The notes: generated from the sequence alone by a model not told the origin. 64,000 bases of DNA from an uncultured Gemmatimonadales bacterium (GCA_963823035.1 CAWGKG010000010.1:64001-128000), one strand, 5' to 3'; counted from the first letter of the stretch, positions 19,798 through 30,391 are shown. Numbers and translations are program-made.

Positions 19798-21815
19798 CCG
19801 GCTCACCGCGCTGAAGACCGTCCTGTGGACGCTGGTCGGCGTCCTGGCCGCGGTCACCGTCGTGCGCTTCACGCACGGGCTGGGTGCCGTGACGAACCTC
19901 TCGGACGCGGCGCCCTGGGGGCTGTGGATCGGCTTCGACGTCATGTCCGGCGTGGCCCTCGCGGCGGGCGGCTTCGTGCTGGCCGCGACCGTGTACATCT
20001 TCGGGCTGGAGCGCTACCGGCCCTTCGTGCGGCCGGCCGTGCTCACGGCCATGCTCGGCTACGCGGCGGTGGCGGTCGGGCTGCTGTACGACCTCGGCCT
20101 GCCGTGGCGGATCTGGCATCCGCTCCTGCACTGGCAGCACCACTCGGTGCTCTTCGAGGTCGCCATGTGCGTGATGCTCTACCTGACGGTGCTGGTGCTG
20201 GAGTTCGCGCCCACCGTGCTCGAGCATCCGCTCTTCTCGGGGCGGGTCTTCCGCGCGCTCCTTTCCGGGCTGAAGAAGGCGACGATCCCGCTCGTCATCA
20301 CGGGGATCGTGCTGTCCACGCTGCACCAGTCGTCGCTGGGCTCGCTCTTCCTGATCACGCCCTACCGGCTGCACCCGCTCTGGTACTCGCCGATCATCTA
20401 CGTGCTCTTCTTCACCTCTGCGGTGGGGCTGGGTCTGATGATGGTGGTGCTCGAGTCGCTGCTGTCGTCGTGGTTCCTGGGCCACCGCGCGCACCAGCGA
20501 GAGCTCGGCGGCCTGGGGGTGGCGGCTTCGGTGGTGCTCTGGGTCTACGTGGCGCTACGCGTCGGCGACCTGGCGCTGCGCGGCGTTCTTCCCTCGGCGC
20601 TCGACGGGTCGCGACAGGCCAACCTCTTCCTCTTCGAGATCGTCGTCAGCGCGGTGCTCCCGGCGACCCTCCTGCTCTTCCGGCGCGTGCGTGCGACCCG
20701 CGCCCTCGTCGGGGTGTGCGCCGCGGCGACCGTGGGCGGGATGGTGCTCTACAGGCTGGACGTGTCGATCCTGTCGTTCGCTCGGCCGGAGGGCTTCGGC
20801 TACTTCCCGAGCTGGGAGGAGTTCGCGGTCAGCCTGGGCATCGTCTCCGCCTTCGCGCTGATCTTCATCTTCTTCGTGGAGCGCCTGCGTGTGTACGACG
20901 ACGTGGGCGCGGGCGCCCCGGCTGTCGTGCGCGCGGCCCAGCCACGACCCCGCGACGCTCCACGGCCTGACGTCCGCGGCGGTCGCGGCGCCGAGACGCT
21001 ACTCGATGGCGACGCTGGTCGGTGCCGTGGTGGCGCTGGCCTTTCTCCCGGTGAAGGGCGTGGAGCCCGTGCGGACGCCTGTCGCGGCCGCCCGCGTGGT
21101 GGACGGCACCGCGCGCGAACGGGGCGCCGGTGTGGAGCGTGAGCTTGCCTTCGGCGTGGGCGACGTCGCGCCGGCGGTCGCGAACGGGAACGGCGGTGGG
21201 GATGCGTCCGCGGCCGAGCCCACCCGGCTCCTGGTGATCGACGGAAACCGTGACGGCACGCTCGTCCTCTTCGACCACGACGCCCACGTCGCGCGTCTGG
21301 GCGCGGACACGTCGTGCGCCACGTGCCATCACCTGAGCCTCCCGCTGGAGCGCAACACCGGCTGCGCGAGCTGTCACCGTGACGCCTACGGGGTCACGGA
21401 CCTCTTCGACCACCCGGCCCACGAGGCGGCGCTGGGCGGCAGGGACGGCTGCGTCGAGTGCCACGCGGACGGGGCCGCCACGAAGACGCGGGCGACCTCG
21501 ACGGCGTGCATGGACTGCCACGCCGACGACGCGGTGGTGAGTCGCATCGTGGACCCGCCATGGCCGCGGTGGCGGCCCGCGGCGAGCTACGTGGACGCGA
21601 TGCACGGGCTGTGCGTGACCTGTCACCGGCTGGAGGTGAAGAGCGCTCCGGAGGTCCGGCCCAAGGGGCTGGAGGAGTGCCGTGCCTGCCACGACGCGGA
21701 TCGTGGGCGCCTCCTCGAGGGGCTCCGCCCGCAGCGGCGGTCGACGGACGAGGCCGCGGCGTCCGCCGGCGCCGGCCCGGTCGGTGGCTTCGTGCTGGGC
21801 GGGAGGCGACGATGA
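19790..21815 (+). CDS. HmcC/HybB NrfD-family membrane subunit, apparently fused to a six-haem class III cytochrome c (frameshift near 20910-20940)
   Basis: PWGLWIGFDV, DLGLPWR, LSTLHQSSLGSL, YFPSWEE; then an extra TM, FDHDAH and FDHPAH, and CxxCH motifs CATCH, CASCH, CVECH, CMDCH, CVTCH, CRACH. Confidence 0.75.
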
Positions 21816-22961
21816 ACGCCCTGGGCACGCGTGCGGGCGAGATCGAGAGTTGGATCCGCTCCAACCTCTTCGACGAGGTCCCGATGGCGATCAGCGTCAT
21901 CAGCCGGGACTTCCGGGTGCAGCTGGCCAACCGACGCTTCACCGAGGCGTTCGGCGCGTGGGAGGGGCGCCCCTGCTACGAGGTCTACAAGAAGCGCTCG
22001 GAGCCTTGCCTGCGCTGTGCGGCGGCGGAGTGCTTCGTCGACGGCAGGATCCGCAGCCGCGAGGAGGAGGGCGTACACTGCGGCCGCCACATCGACTACC
22101 TCGTCAACATGGTGCCCATGGTCCGCCCGAACGGCGACATCCCGTTCGTGATCGAGATGTGCACGGACATCACGCCGGTGAAGCGCCTCGAGAAGGAGAA
22201 GCGGGACGGGGAGCGCCTCGCGGCGGTCGGGGAGACGGTGGCCGGCGTGGCGCACGGCATCAAGAACATCCTGATGGGGCTCGAGGGGGGGATGTACGCG
22301 GTGAACACGGGCATCCGCACGGCCGACGACACGCGCATCGCGCGCGGGTGGGCGATGCTCGAGGACAACGTGACGCGCATCTCCGCGTTCGTGAAGGAGT
22401 TCCTCGACTTCGCGAAGGGACGCGCCACCGTCACCGCGCCGGTCGATCCGAACGCGCCCGCGCGCCGCGTCATCGAGCTGTTCACGGAGAGCGCCGCGCA
22501 GGCGGGCATCGAGCTGAAGGCCGACCTGACGCCCGATCTGGCACCGGCCTCCCTGGACGAGGACGGCATCCACACCTGCCTGGCCAACCTGGTGTCGAAC
22601 GCCATCGACGCATGTCTCGTCGCCGAGTCCGACCGGAGCTTCGTGGTCGTCCTCGGCACGCGGGAGGTCGACGGCACGCTGATCTACGAGGTCACGGACA
22701 ACGGCCGCGGGATGGATTACGACATCAGCCGCAAGATCTTCTCGAAGTTCTTCACCACGAAGGGCTCGGATCGGGGCACGGGGCTCGGCCTGCTCACCAC
22801 GAAGCGGATCGTCCACCAGCACGGCGGGCGCATCACCTTCGACTCGAACGGAGGGTGAGGGGTCGGTCTTCCGCATCGAGCTGCCGCGCGGCACGCTCCC
22901 CAAGTTGGGCGGTGTCGCCGACGGCGCCGACGCCACGCCGGAGCCCGGGAGGTCGATCTGA
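21812..22961 (+). CDS. Cytoplasmic PAS histidine kinase (frameshift near 22850)
   Basis: PAS with CYEVYKKRSEPCLRC, H-box VAHGIKN, NLVSNAIDA, DNGRG, GTGLGL; shifted tail EGSVFRIELP ends TGA 22961. Confidence 0.85.
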
Positions 22962-23515
22962 TGGTGCGCGCAAAGGACATGACCGTTCTCGTAGTCGACG
23001 ACGAGCCCGACGTCCGCGACTACCTGTCGCAGATCCTCACGGACGCCGGCTTCGGGGTACGCACGGCCGCGGACGGCAGCGAGGCGCTCGACATGATCCG
23101 AGCGGACCCGCCGGACTTCATCTCGCTCGACCTGGTGATGCCGAAGAAGAGCGGACACAAGCTACTCTACGAGCTGCGCAAGGACCGGGAGCTGTCCCGC
23201 ATCCCCGTGCTCATCGTCACGGCGCATGCTCGCGACGAGCTGGGGAAGGGCGACCTGGAGGACATCGTCGACAGCCGGGTCATCTCCGGCCCGGGCGTCT
23301 ATCTGGAGAAGCCGGTGAAGCCGGTCGACTATGTGCGCTGCGTCCAGAGGGCGCTCGGCATCGACGAGTCGCCCGACGACGAGAACCGCGTCGGTCTCCA
23401 GGAGGAGGTGCGGCGCCGGCTCGCCGGGGCGGAGCCGCACGCGTTGAGGCGCGCGCTCGAGGCGTTGCAGCGCACCGCCGGGGCGACGCGGGGTGGGCCC
23501 CAGGACCCGACATGA
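22961..23515 (+). CDS. Response regulator (receiver plus helical tail)
   Basis: VVDDE, SLDLVMP, IVTAH, LEKP. Confidence 0.88.
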   Translation: MVRAKDMTVLVVDDEPDVRDYLSQILTDAGFGVRTAADGSEALDMIRADPPDFISLDLVMPKKSGHKLLYELRKDRELSRIPVLIVTAHARDELGKGDLEDIVDSRVISGPGVYLEKPVKPVDYVRCVQRALGIDESPDDENRVGLQEEVRRRLAGAEPHALRRALEALQRTAGATRGGPQDPT

Positions 23516-23538
23516 TCGCGATCGCGAAGGAGGATACC

Positions 23539-23965
23539 ATGGCATCGTCAACACACGCCGAGCCCCATGCGGCCAAGCGGGTCCTCGTCGTGGACGACGA
23601 GCCCGATGTCGTCGCCTATCTGGAGATGCTGCTGCGCGACGGCGGCTACGAGACGCTCACCGCCGCGGACGGCACGGAGGCGCTCGCCAGGATCCGCGCC
23701 GAGAGGCCAGACCTGGTCACGCTGGACATCTCGATGCCGAAGGCGTCGGGGACGCGCCTCTACAAGGAGGTGAAGACCGACCCGTCGCTCGCGGACATCC
23801 CGGTGCTCATCATCACCGGGGTGACGGGTTACGGCGGCGACACCTACGCCTACGAGAAGTTCATCGGCAACCGCACGCTGGTGCCGGCGCCCGAGGGCTT
23901 CTTCCCGAAGCCCATCGATCGGGAGGCGTTCCTCGAGGTCGGTGGCGAAGCTGCTGGCTTCGTGA
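23539..23965 (+). CDS. Single-domain response regulator (probable frameshift near 23940)
   Basis: VVDDE, TLDISMP, IITG, PKP; AGGAGG RBS; likely true end VAKLLAS-TGA at 23965. Confidence 0.82.
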
Positions 23966-23985
23966 GGTCGGCGCGGCGGGCGCTG

Positions 23986-24414
23986 CTAGCGCTCCACCGC
24001 GATGGTCATCTGGAAGCCGTCGGGATCGACGAGCGAGAAGGCGCGTGAGCCCCAGGGCATGTCGGCGGGCTCGGACGCCAGCGTACCCCCGCGCTCCTTG
24101 ATCCCGGCGGCCAGCTCGTCCACGTCCTGGGACGTGTTCAAGTGGAAGCGCATCCCCGCGCCCTTCAGGCGGTCCCGCCCTTTGGCCCCGTCGTCCTGGT
24201 TGAGGATCAGGCGCACCGCGCCCGCGACGATCGAGTAGCCGCGCACCGCGCCCTCGTGCTCGTAACTGTCCAGGAGGGTGAAGCCGACGACGTCGCAGTA
24301 CCAGGCCCGGCTGGTCTCCAGGTCGGCTACGGTCAGGCCGGCGGACATGCCGCGCAGGCGGAGGGATTCGGAATGCCTGCGGTCGGGCTGGGTCGGGATC
24401 TCGCTGTCGCTCAC
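23986..24414 (-). CDS. VOC/glyoxalase family protein
   Basis: LTVADLETSRAWYCDVVGF and MPWGSRAFSLVDPDG. Confidence 0.88.
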   Translation of the reverse strand: MSDSEIPTQPDRRHSESLRLRGMSAGLTVADLETSRAWYCDVVGFTLLDSYEHEGAVRGYSIVAGAVRLILNQDDGAKGRDRLKGAGMRFHLNTSQDVDELAAGIKERGGTLASEPADMPWGSRAFSLVDPDGFQMTIAVER

Positions 24415-24502
24415 GGGGGGCTCCTTCCGGGTGTTCCCGGGGAAGAGTGAGCCTGGATAGTTTCGCTTCCGTGGCCGGGGAGCAAGGGCCCTGGCGGCTG
24501 CC

Positions 24503-25729
24503 TCACCGGACCACCGAGCGGAGCAGGCCCTTCCACGAGAAGACGTCCGCCGGGTCCACCGTCTCCGCGACCACGCCGCGCGCCGCCTCCTGCAGCCAGC
24601 GTCCCTGACGCATGCGCCACGACAGGAGGTCGTTCAGCCAGGGGCGCGCCAGCCAGCGCTGCGCCACCTCGTAGCCCCGGTATCGCGGGCGCAGCTCGCG
24701 CTCGACGCGGTCTGCGAAGGTGTCCAGCGCCCCGGCGTCACCGTCGAGGAAGACGTCTACGTGCCGTGCCGCCAACTCACCGGTCTCCATGGCTTTGCCG
24801 ATCCCCTCGCCGGTGAACGGATACGTGGTGCCGATCTGCTCTCCCACGGCCACCGTGTTCCCCGGCCCGCGGGCGCGGGCGCCGCTGAGGCCGCAGCGCA
24901 GGCGGGCGCCGCGGATCGGGCTCGTCCACTCGGCGGACTCGGAGAGGGCGCGCGCTTCGGGCACCTCGCGACAGAAGGTGTCGAAGAGCGCGCGCAGATC
25001 GTGCCGCGCGGGGTCGTCCGGATCGTGCAGCGTGCCCACGCCGACGTTGTAGACGTGGTCCGGAAGCGGGAAGATCCAGGCGTAGCCGGGCACGATCTCC
25101 CGGTCGAAGGAGATCAGCATCGATTCGACCGGCGCGGTCGAGCGCATGTAGGCCCGCACCGCCACGGCCGTGGGGGCGGCTCGCTCCACCATCCCGAGTC
25201 CGTCGATGAGCGACACGTCCGCGCCCGCGGCGAGCACCGCCGTCCGCCCGTGGAAGGGGCGGGCGCGCCCGCGTACGTCGACCTCCACCGTGCCGTCGGC
25301 GAGCGGGCGGACGCGCTCGACGCGACCGTGGGCCACCACGGCTCCCCGCCCGGACGCGCCCTCCGCGAGGAGGGCATCCAGGCGCTCGCGCTGGAGACAG
25401 AGGTACTCGCCGGGGATCGACCACTCGATGCGCGACGGGCTCGAGATCACCGCCTCCTCGACCGGGCGGGCCACCGCGGCGACCGCCTCGTAGAGGCCCG
25501 CGCGCCGCAGGGCCGCCAGCGCGTCGGGGATGAGGAGATCGCCGCAGGCCTTGTCACGCGGGTAGACGTGGCGCTCGACAAGGAGAACGCGACGCCCCGC
25601 CTCGGCGAGATGCAGGGCGGCCATGGAGCCGGACGGACCGCCGCCCACCACCACCGCGTCCCAGTCGTCCTCGGGAAGCCCGGTCGCGGGCAGCTGCCAG
25701 GGGAGGAGGTCGGTGCCCTCTCCGCTCAC
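24503..25729 (-). CDS. Geranylgeranyl reductase-family FAD-dependent oxidoreductase
   Basis: VVGGGPSG, PRDKACGD, GYAWIFP, PFTGEGI. Confidence 0.88.
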   Translation of the reverse strand: MSGEGTDLLPWQLPATGLPEDDWDAVVVGGGPSGSMAALHLAEAGRRVLLVERHVYPRDKACGDLLIPDALAALRRAGLYEAVAAVARPVEEAVISSPSRIEWSIPGEYLCLQRERLDALLAEGASGRGAVVAHGRVERVRPLADGTVEVDVRGRARPFHGRTAVLAAGADVSLIDGLGMVERAAPTAVAVRAYMRSTAPVESMLISFDREIVPGYAWIFPLPDHVYNVGVGTLHDPDDPARHDLRALFDTFCREVPEARALSESAEWTSPIRGARLRCGLSGARARGPGNTVAVGEQIGTTYPFTGEGIGKAMETGELAARHVDVFLDGDAGALDTFADRVERELRPRYRGYEVAQRWLARPWLNDLLSWRMRQGRWLQEAARGVVAETVDPADVFSWKGLLRSVVR

Positions 25730-27579
25730 GACGCCCTCCGCCGCACGACCGGGACCTTCACGTGCGACGGTCGGGAGGGGTCGCGGTACACGCGGATGCG
25801 GGCGGGCTGGAAGTCGGCGTCGCGCGCCTGGAAGATGTTCGGCACGAACTTCTGCGGGTTGCGATCGATGATCGGGAACCAGCTGCTCTGCACCTGGATC
25901 ATGATCCGGTGCCCGGCACGGAAGGTGTAGTCCTGCGTGTGCAGGGAGAAGGTGTAGCCGAGCACCGAATCGGGCACGATGGCCTTCGGCCGCTCGAAGC
26001 CCTCACGGTAGCGGCCCCGGAACACCTCGTTGGAGACCATGAGCTGATAGCCCGCGAGCGCCCAGTCGTCCGGGTAGCTCTCCGGGTAGACGTCGATCAG
26101 CTTCACGATCCAGTCCACGTCCGATCCGCTCGTGGCGGCGAAGAGGTCGGCCACCACCTCGCCGGCGATCGTCACGTCGTCCGTGAGGACGTCGCTCTCC
26201 CACGACAGCACGTCGGCGCGGTCGTCCACGAAGCGCTGGTCCTCGACCAGCCAGGTCCGCCACTTCGACCCGGGTCCGTACGTCGCCTGAACGGGCCGGT
26301 GACGGTAGGGCACGGGGTGCGCGGGATCGGAGACGTAGGCGTCGAACGGCTCCGGCTCCGAGGCGTCCGGCGGTTCGAAGGAGAGGCGCCCGTCCGCGCG
26401 GAAGTAGAGCTCCGTCTCCACGGTCTCGCCCTTGGGCGGCCAGGCGTCCCACCGCTTCCACGTGTTCGAGCCGGCCTCGAAGGTGAGCGCCTCGGGAAGG
26501 TCGAGCGTACCCTCGTCCTTGAGCCAGTATGCGAACCAGGGCGCCTGCACCTTCTCCAGGAAGTAGTCCGACGTGGCGCTGCCGAAGGGGATGGCACCGA
26601 GCGCGTCCCCCGGGCGCCGCGCCCAACCGCCGTGGTTCCACGGACCCACCACCAGGTAGTTCATGCCCTCCGTGTCGTACTTCTCGAGGGCCTCGTAGAT
26701 GCGTAGCGGGCCGTAGAAGTCCTCCTGGTCCCACCACCCGCCCACGTTGAGCGTGGGCACCTGCACGGCACGGATGTGCGGGATCATCGTCTGGCGCTGC
26801 CAGAAGGCGTCGTAGTCCGGATGCGCGACGTAGTCGTTCCACGTCGGGATCTTCCCGTTCAGCACGCCCTCGTTCACGTGCGCGAGCGAGCCGAGCGAGA
26901 GGTACCAGTCGTACGTGTCGTAGCGGTCGAAGGCGAACTGCTCGGTCTCCTTGGACGTCTCCATCATCGCGGCGTACTCGAAGCCGTAGCTCAGGCGGAA
27001 CGCGCCGTTGTGGTGGAAGTCGTCGCCCAGCCACATATCGGCCGGAGATGCCTGCGGGGAGATCGCCTTCAGCGCCGGGTGCGGCTCGAGCGAGCCCATC
27101 ACGGTCGTCCATCCGTCGTAGGAGATGCCCAGCATCCCCACGCGCCCGTTGTTGTCGGGGACGTTCGCGAGGAGCCACTCGATCGTGTCGTACGTGTCCG
27201 TCCCTTCGTCGATCGACCGGGTATCGCCGGGCGCGCGCGCGGGCCGCTGCATCACGAAGAGCCCCTCCGAGTCGAAGCGGCCACGGATGTCCTGGAAGAC
27301 GAAGATGTAGCCGTCGGCGGCCAGGTCCTTCAGGTAGCTCGTGAAGTTGCCCGCCGATCCCGCGACGCCGTAGGGCGTGCGCTTGAGGATGAAGGGGAGC
27401 GGCCCGTCCTGGTCACGCGGGACGAAGATCTTGGTGTTGAGGCGCACGCCGTCGCGCATGGGGATCATCACGTCGCGCACCTCGAATCCGGCGCCCGGGT
27501 CCTGCTGCGCGCGGAGCGCCCCCGGCGCGAGGAGGAGGAGGGCCAGGGCGGCGGTGGGGACGCGTGGGAAGGTCTTCAT
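25726..27579 (-). CDS. CocE/NonD-family hydrolase (alpha-amino acid ester hydrolase-like), secreted
   Basis: IPMRDGVRL, RTPY, GISYDG nucleophile, WWDQED, GPWNHG; signal peptide. Confidence 0.9.
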   Translation of the reverse strand: MKTFPRVPTAALALLLLAPGALRAQQDPGAGFEVRDVMIPMRDGVRLNTKIFVPRDQDGPLPFILKRTPYGVAGSAGNFTSYLKDLAADGYIFVFQDIRGRFDSEGLFVMQRPARAPGDTRSIDEGTDTYDTIEWLLANVPDNNGRVGMLGISYDGWTTVMGSLEPHPALKAISPQASPADMWLGDDFHHNGAFRLSYGFEYAAMMETSKETEQFAFDRYDTYDWYLSLGSLAHVNEGVLNGKIPTWNDYVAHPDYDAFWQRQTMIPHIRAVQVPTLNVGGWWDQEDFYGPLRIYEALEKYDTEGMNYLVVGPWNHGGWARRPGDALGAIPFGSATSDYFLEKVQAPWFAYWLKDEGTLDLPEALTFEAGSNTWKRWDAWPPKGETVETELYFRADGRLSFEPPDASEPEPFDAYVSDPAHPVPYRHRPVQATYGPGSKWRTWLVEDQRFVDDRADVLSWESDVLTDDVTIAGEVVADLFAATSGSDVDWIVKLIDVYPESYPDDWALAGYQLMVSNEVFRGRYREGFERPKAIVPDSVLGYTFSLHTQDYTFRAGHRIMIQVQSSWFPIIDRNPQKFVPNIFQARDADFQPARIRVYRDPSRPSHVKVPVVRRRAS

Positions 27580-27624
27580 GGCGGTCCTTGTCGTGTCGCG
27601 GCGATCAGTGGCGGTCACTCCCAC

Positions 27625-28710
27625 TCAGAAGTGACCCGCGTCCACGTCCTTCAGGAAGCGGATCAGCCCCTCCAGGTACGCCGGTTGGTCGTCGTACATG
27701 GCCATGTGACCTCCGTTCGGGAGGTCCAGGAAGCGCCCGCGTGGGAACTGCCCGGCCATCCAGCGCATGTAGTTCGGGTCCATCGTGTCGTGCTCGGCGC
27801 CGATGACCAGCGTGGGCACGCCGATGCGCGGCAGGTCCGCCGAGCGGTCCCAATCCACCAGCTTGCCGCTGGCGCCCAGCTCGCTCGGTCCCTGCATCGG
27901 CACGTAGATCGACGGGTTGATGTGGGCGAAGGCGCGGTTCACGGGGTCGGGCCACTCCGCCGCGGGCATGCGCAGGATGTGCTGCTCGTAGTGGTTCGGC
28001 ACGAGCAACTCCATGTAGCGCGGGTTCTCCGTGTCGCCGGAGGCCTCCATCGCTTCGATCTCGCCCAGAACTCCCTGGTCCATCATCGGCTTCAGCACGC
28101 TGTCCGCGTAGGCGTTGTAAGCCGGGATGCTCGCCATCATGTTCGAGATCACCAGCCCCTTCAGGTTCTGGCCGTACTTGAGGGCGTACTCCATCGCGAG
28201 GATGCCTCCCCACGAGTGGCCCAGCAGGTAGAAGTTCTCCGGCCCGAGACCGAGCGCCTGGCGTACCTGCTCCACCTCTTCGACGAAACGGGACGTCTCC
28301 CACAGGTCGGGGTCCTCCGGCTGGTCGGAGTAGAAGGAGCCGAGTTGGTCGTAGTAGTAGTACTCGACGCCGGCCGCGGGGAGATAGCTGTCGAAGGCCT
28401 CGAAGTACTCGTGGGTGGCGCCCGGGCCGCCGTGGAGCAGGAGGAGCTTGATCGTCGGGTTGTTGCCGACCCGCTTGGTCCAGACCCGGAACTCGCCCTT
28501 CGGCGTGCTGATCGGGATCAGCTTCACGCCCCCGGAGAGGACGTCGTCCCGCCCGCTGTTGTCGAAGTAGGACGCCGCCGCCGCGCCTGCGTTGGCTTCA
28601 CCTTCGTCGAGCGCGATCCCGCACGCCGCGACCACGCCGGCGAGCAGGAGGGCGGGGAGGACCGCTCGCGCCGCAGCCGGCACGCTACTCTTCCCCCTCG
28701 TCGTTTCCAT
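27625..28710 (-). CDS. Proline iminopeptidase-family (S33) hydrolase, probable lipoprotein
   Basis: HGGPG, YDQLGS, GHSWGG, GGHMA; VVAA-C lipobox-like signal. Confidence 0.88.
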   Translation of the reverse strand: METTRGKSSVPAAARAVLPALLLAGVVAACGIALDEGEANAGAAAASYFDNSGRDDVLSGGVKLIPISTPKGEFRVWTKRVGNNPTIKLLLLHGGPGATHEYFEAFDSYLPAAGVEYYYYDQLGSFYSDQPEDPDLWETSRFVEEVEQVRQALGLGPENFYLLGHSWGGILAMEYALKYGQNLKGLVISNMMASIPAYNAYADSVLKPMMDQGVLGEIEAMEASGDTENPRYMELLVPNHYEQHILRMPAAEWPDPVNRAFAHINPSIYVPMQGPSELGASGKLVDWDRSADLPRIGVPTLVIGAEHDTMDPNYMRWMAGQFPRGRFLDLPNGGHMAMYDDQPAYLEGLIRFLKDVDAGHF

Positions 28711-30391
28711 CCGTGATCGGGTGGTCCACCTTGACCCGGTGGTCGAGGTCGGCCACATGGATGGCCACGTCCTCCACCAGGCGGGCGATCCTGGCCATGT
28801 GCTCGTAGTCGATGTACTCGGGCTCGTCCGTGACCTGGTGGTAGTCGGAGTGCAGGCCGGTCGTGAAGAAGACGATCGGGATGCCGAAGCGCGCGTACTC
28901 GTAGTGGTCGCTGCGCCCGTAGATGTTCGACGGGTGGTTCTCGGCGTCGAAGGCGTAGTCGAACGTCATGTCGTGCCCGTCGTCGGCGTTCACCCGCTCG
29001 ACCAGCGTGCCCAGCTCGGTGGAGAGGCGCCGGGACCCCACCAGCATCACGTAGTTCGGGCCGCCGTGCAGCGGCGTACCGTCGATCGAACGGCCCGTCT
29101 CGTCGTCCGCGCCCCCGCGACCCACCATGTCCATGTTCAGCTGCGCGACAATCGAGTCGCGCGGCACCGTGGGATGGTCCGTGAACCAGCGCGAACCCAG
29201 GAGCCCCTTCTCCTCGCCCACGTGCCAGACGAAGAGGATCGACCGCCTCGGCCGCGGGTTCATCGCGGCGATCTTCTCCGCGATCTCGAGCACGGTGACG
29301 GAGCCGGAGCCGTCGTCGTCGGCACCGTTGGCGATCGAGTCCATGAGCACGGGCCCCGGGTGCGCGGCGCGGTACGCGGCGAGGAGACGGTTCACCTCCG
29401 CCTCCTGTTCGGGCGTGGCCTGGTTGCCGCCGTCGTCCGCCCCCTCCGGGCGCACCACATGGTTCCAGATGCGGAGGGAGTCGTGGGCCACCGCGTTGTC
29501 CCGAACACCGATATGGTCGTTGTGGGCGCCGATGGCGACGAACTCACCGCGCAACGCGGGGTCGCTGCCGCGGACGATCCCGACCACGTTGCGCGAGGGA
29601 TGGGGAAGGTCCTGCACGTCGTAGCGCAGGTCGATGTCCACGCTGGCACCCGTCGCGCCCGGCTGCAGTTCGGCCAGGGGCGTCGGGAACATCTTCGCGG
29701 CCACTCCCTCGGAGACGATCACGATCGGGGTGTCTCCGCCGCTCGCGCCCTCGGCCGCCGGATCGTCCACGAAGCCCTGCGGCCTGAGGAAGTAGCTGCG
29801 GAAGGCCGGCGGCACCTGCTCGAGACCCACGACGGCCACGGCCGCGGCGCCGGGGAAGGTGAGGCGACGCGCCCGACGCGTCAGGTTCCCCTGGCCCGCG
29901 GCGAGCACCACGAGCTTGCCGCGCGCCTGATCCGGCGTGAGGCCCGGCTCGGCGTCCGCGGCGCTCCCGCCGTACACGGCCGTCACGCCCGTCACCTTCG
30001 CCGGAGCACGGCCCGCCGGGAGGAAGTCGTCACCGAGCCGGAGGCGTTTCCCCTGGACCGCGATCAGGGAGAGCGTGTCCAGGGTGCGCGTCTTGTACGG
30101 GACCGTCTGGAAGTACGTGCCGTCTTCGCCGGCCGGCTCGAGCCCGATGCGCTCGAGCTCGGCGGCGATGTAGTCCGTCCCCTTCACGTTGCCCAGCGTG
30201 CCGGCTTCCCGCCCCATCATCGAGTCGTCCGCGAGGATGTACAGGCGGGTCATGAGGTCGGCGGCGGTGATGTCCGACGCGGTGGGCTCGGGCGCGTGGG
30301 TGCGGGGGAGCGCGCTCTGCGCGACGAGTGCGGTCGGTGCGAACCCGAGGGAAGCGGTCGCCAGCAGGAGGAGGGGGAGACGCGATGTCAT
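28685..30391 (-). CDS. M28 family metallopeptidase, secreted
   Basis: GAHNDH, NGADDDGSG, GEEKGLLGS, NMDM, SDH, YHQVTD; signal peptide from ATG 30391. Confidence 0.9.
   Translation of the reverse strand: MTSRLPLLLLATASLGFAPTALVAQSALPRTHAPEPTASDITAADLMTRLYILADDSMMGREAGTLGNVKGTDYIAAELERIGLEPAGEDGTYFQTVPYKTRTLDTLSLIAVQGKRLRLGDDFLPAGRAPAKVTGVTAVYGGSAADAEPGLTPDQARGKLVVLAAGQGNLTRRARRLTFPGAAAVAVVGLEQVPPAFRSYFLRPQGFVDDPAAEGASGGDTPIVIVSEGVAAKMFPTPLAELQPGATGASVDIDLRYDVQDLPHPSRNVVGIVRGSDPALRGEFVAIGAHNDHIGVRDNAVAHDSLRIWNHVVRPEGADDGGNQATPEQEAEVNRLLAAYRAAHPGPVLMDSIANGADDDGSGSVTVLEIAEKIAAMNPRPRRSILFVWHVGEEKGLLGSRWFTDHPTVPRDSIVAQLNMDMVGRGGADDETGRSIDGTPLHGGPNYVMLVGSRRLSTELGTLVERVNADDGHDMTFDYAFDAENHPSNIYGRSDHYEYARFGIPIVFFTTGLHSDYHQVTDEPEYIDYEHMARIARLVEDVAIHVADLDHRVKVDHPITDGNDEGEE

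Noticed and set aside
16944..21815. Calling the complex a true DsrMKJOP and the organism a sulfate reducer
   Set aside because: No dsrAB, dsrC, apr or sat in the window, and the order and cytochrome type differ; only family-level similarity is supported.
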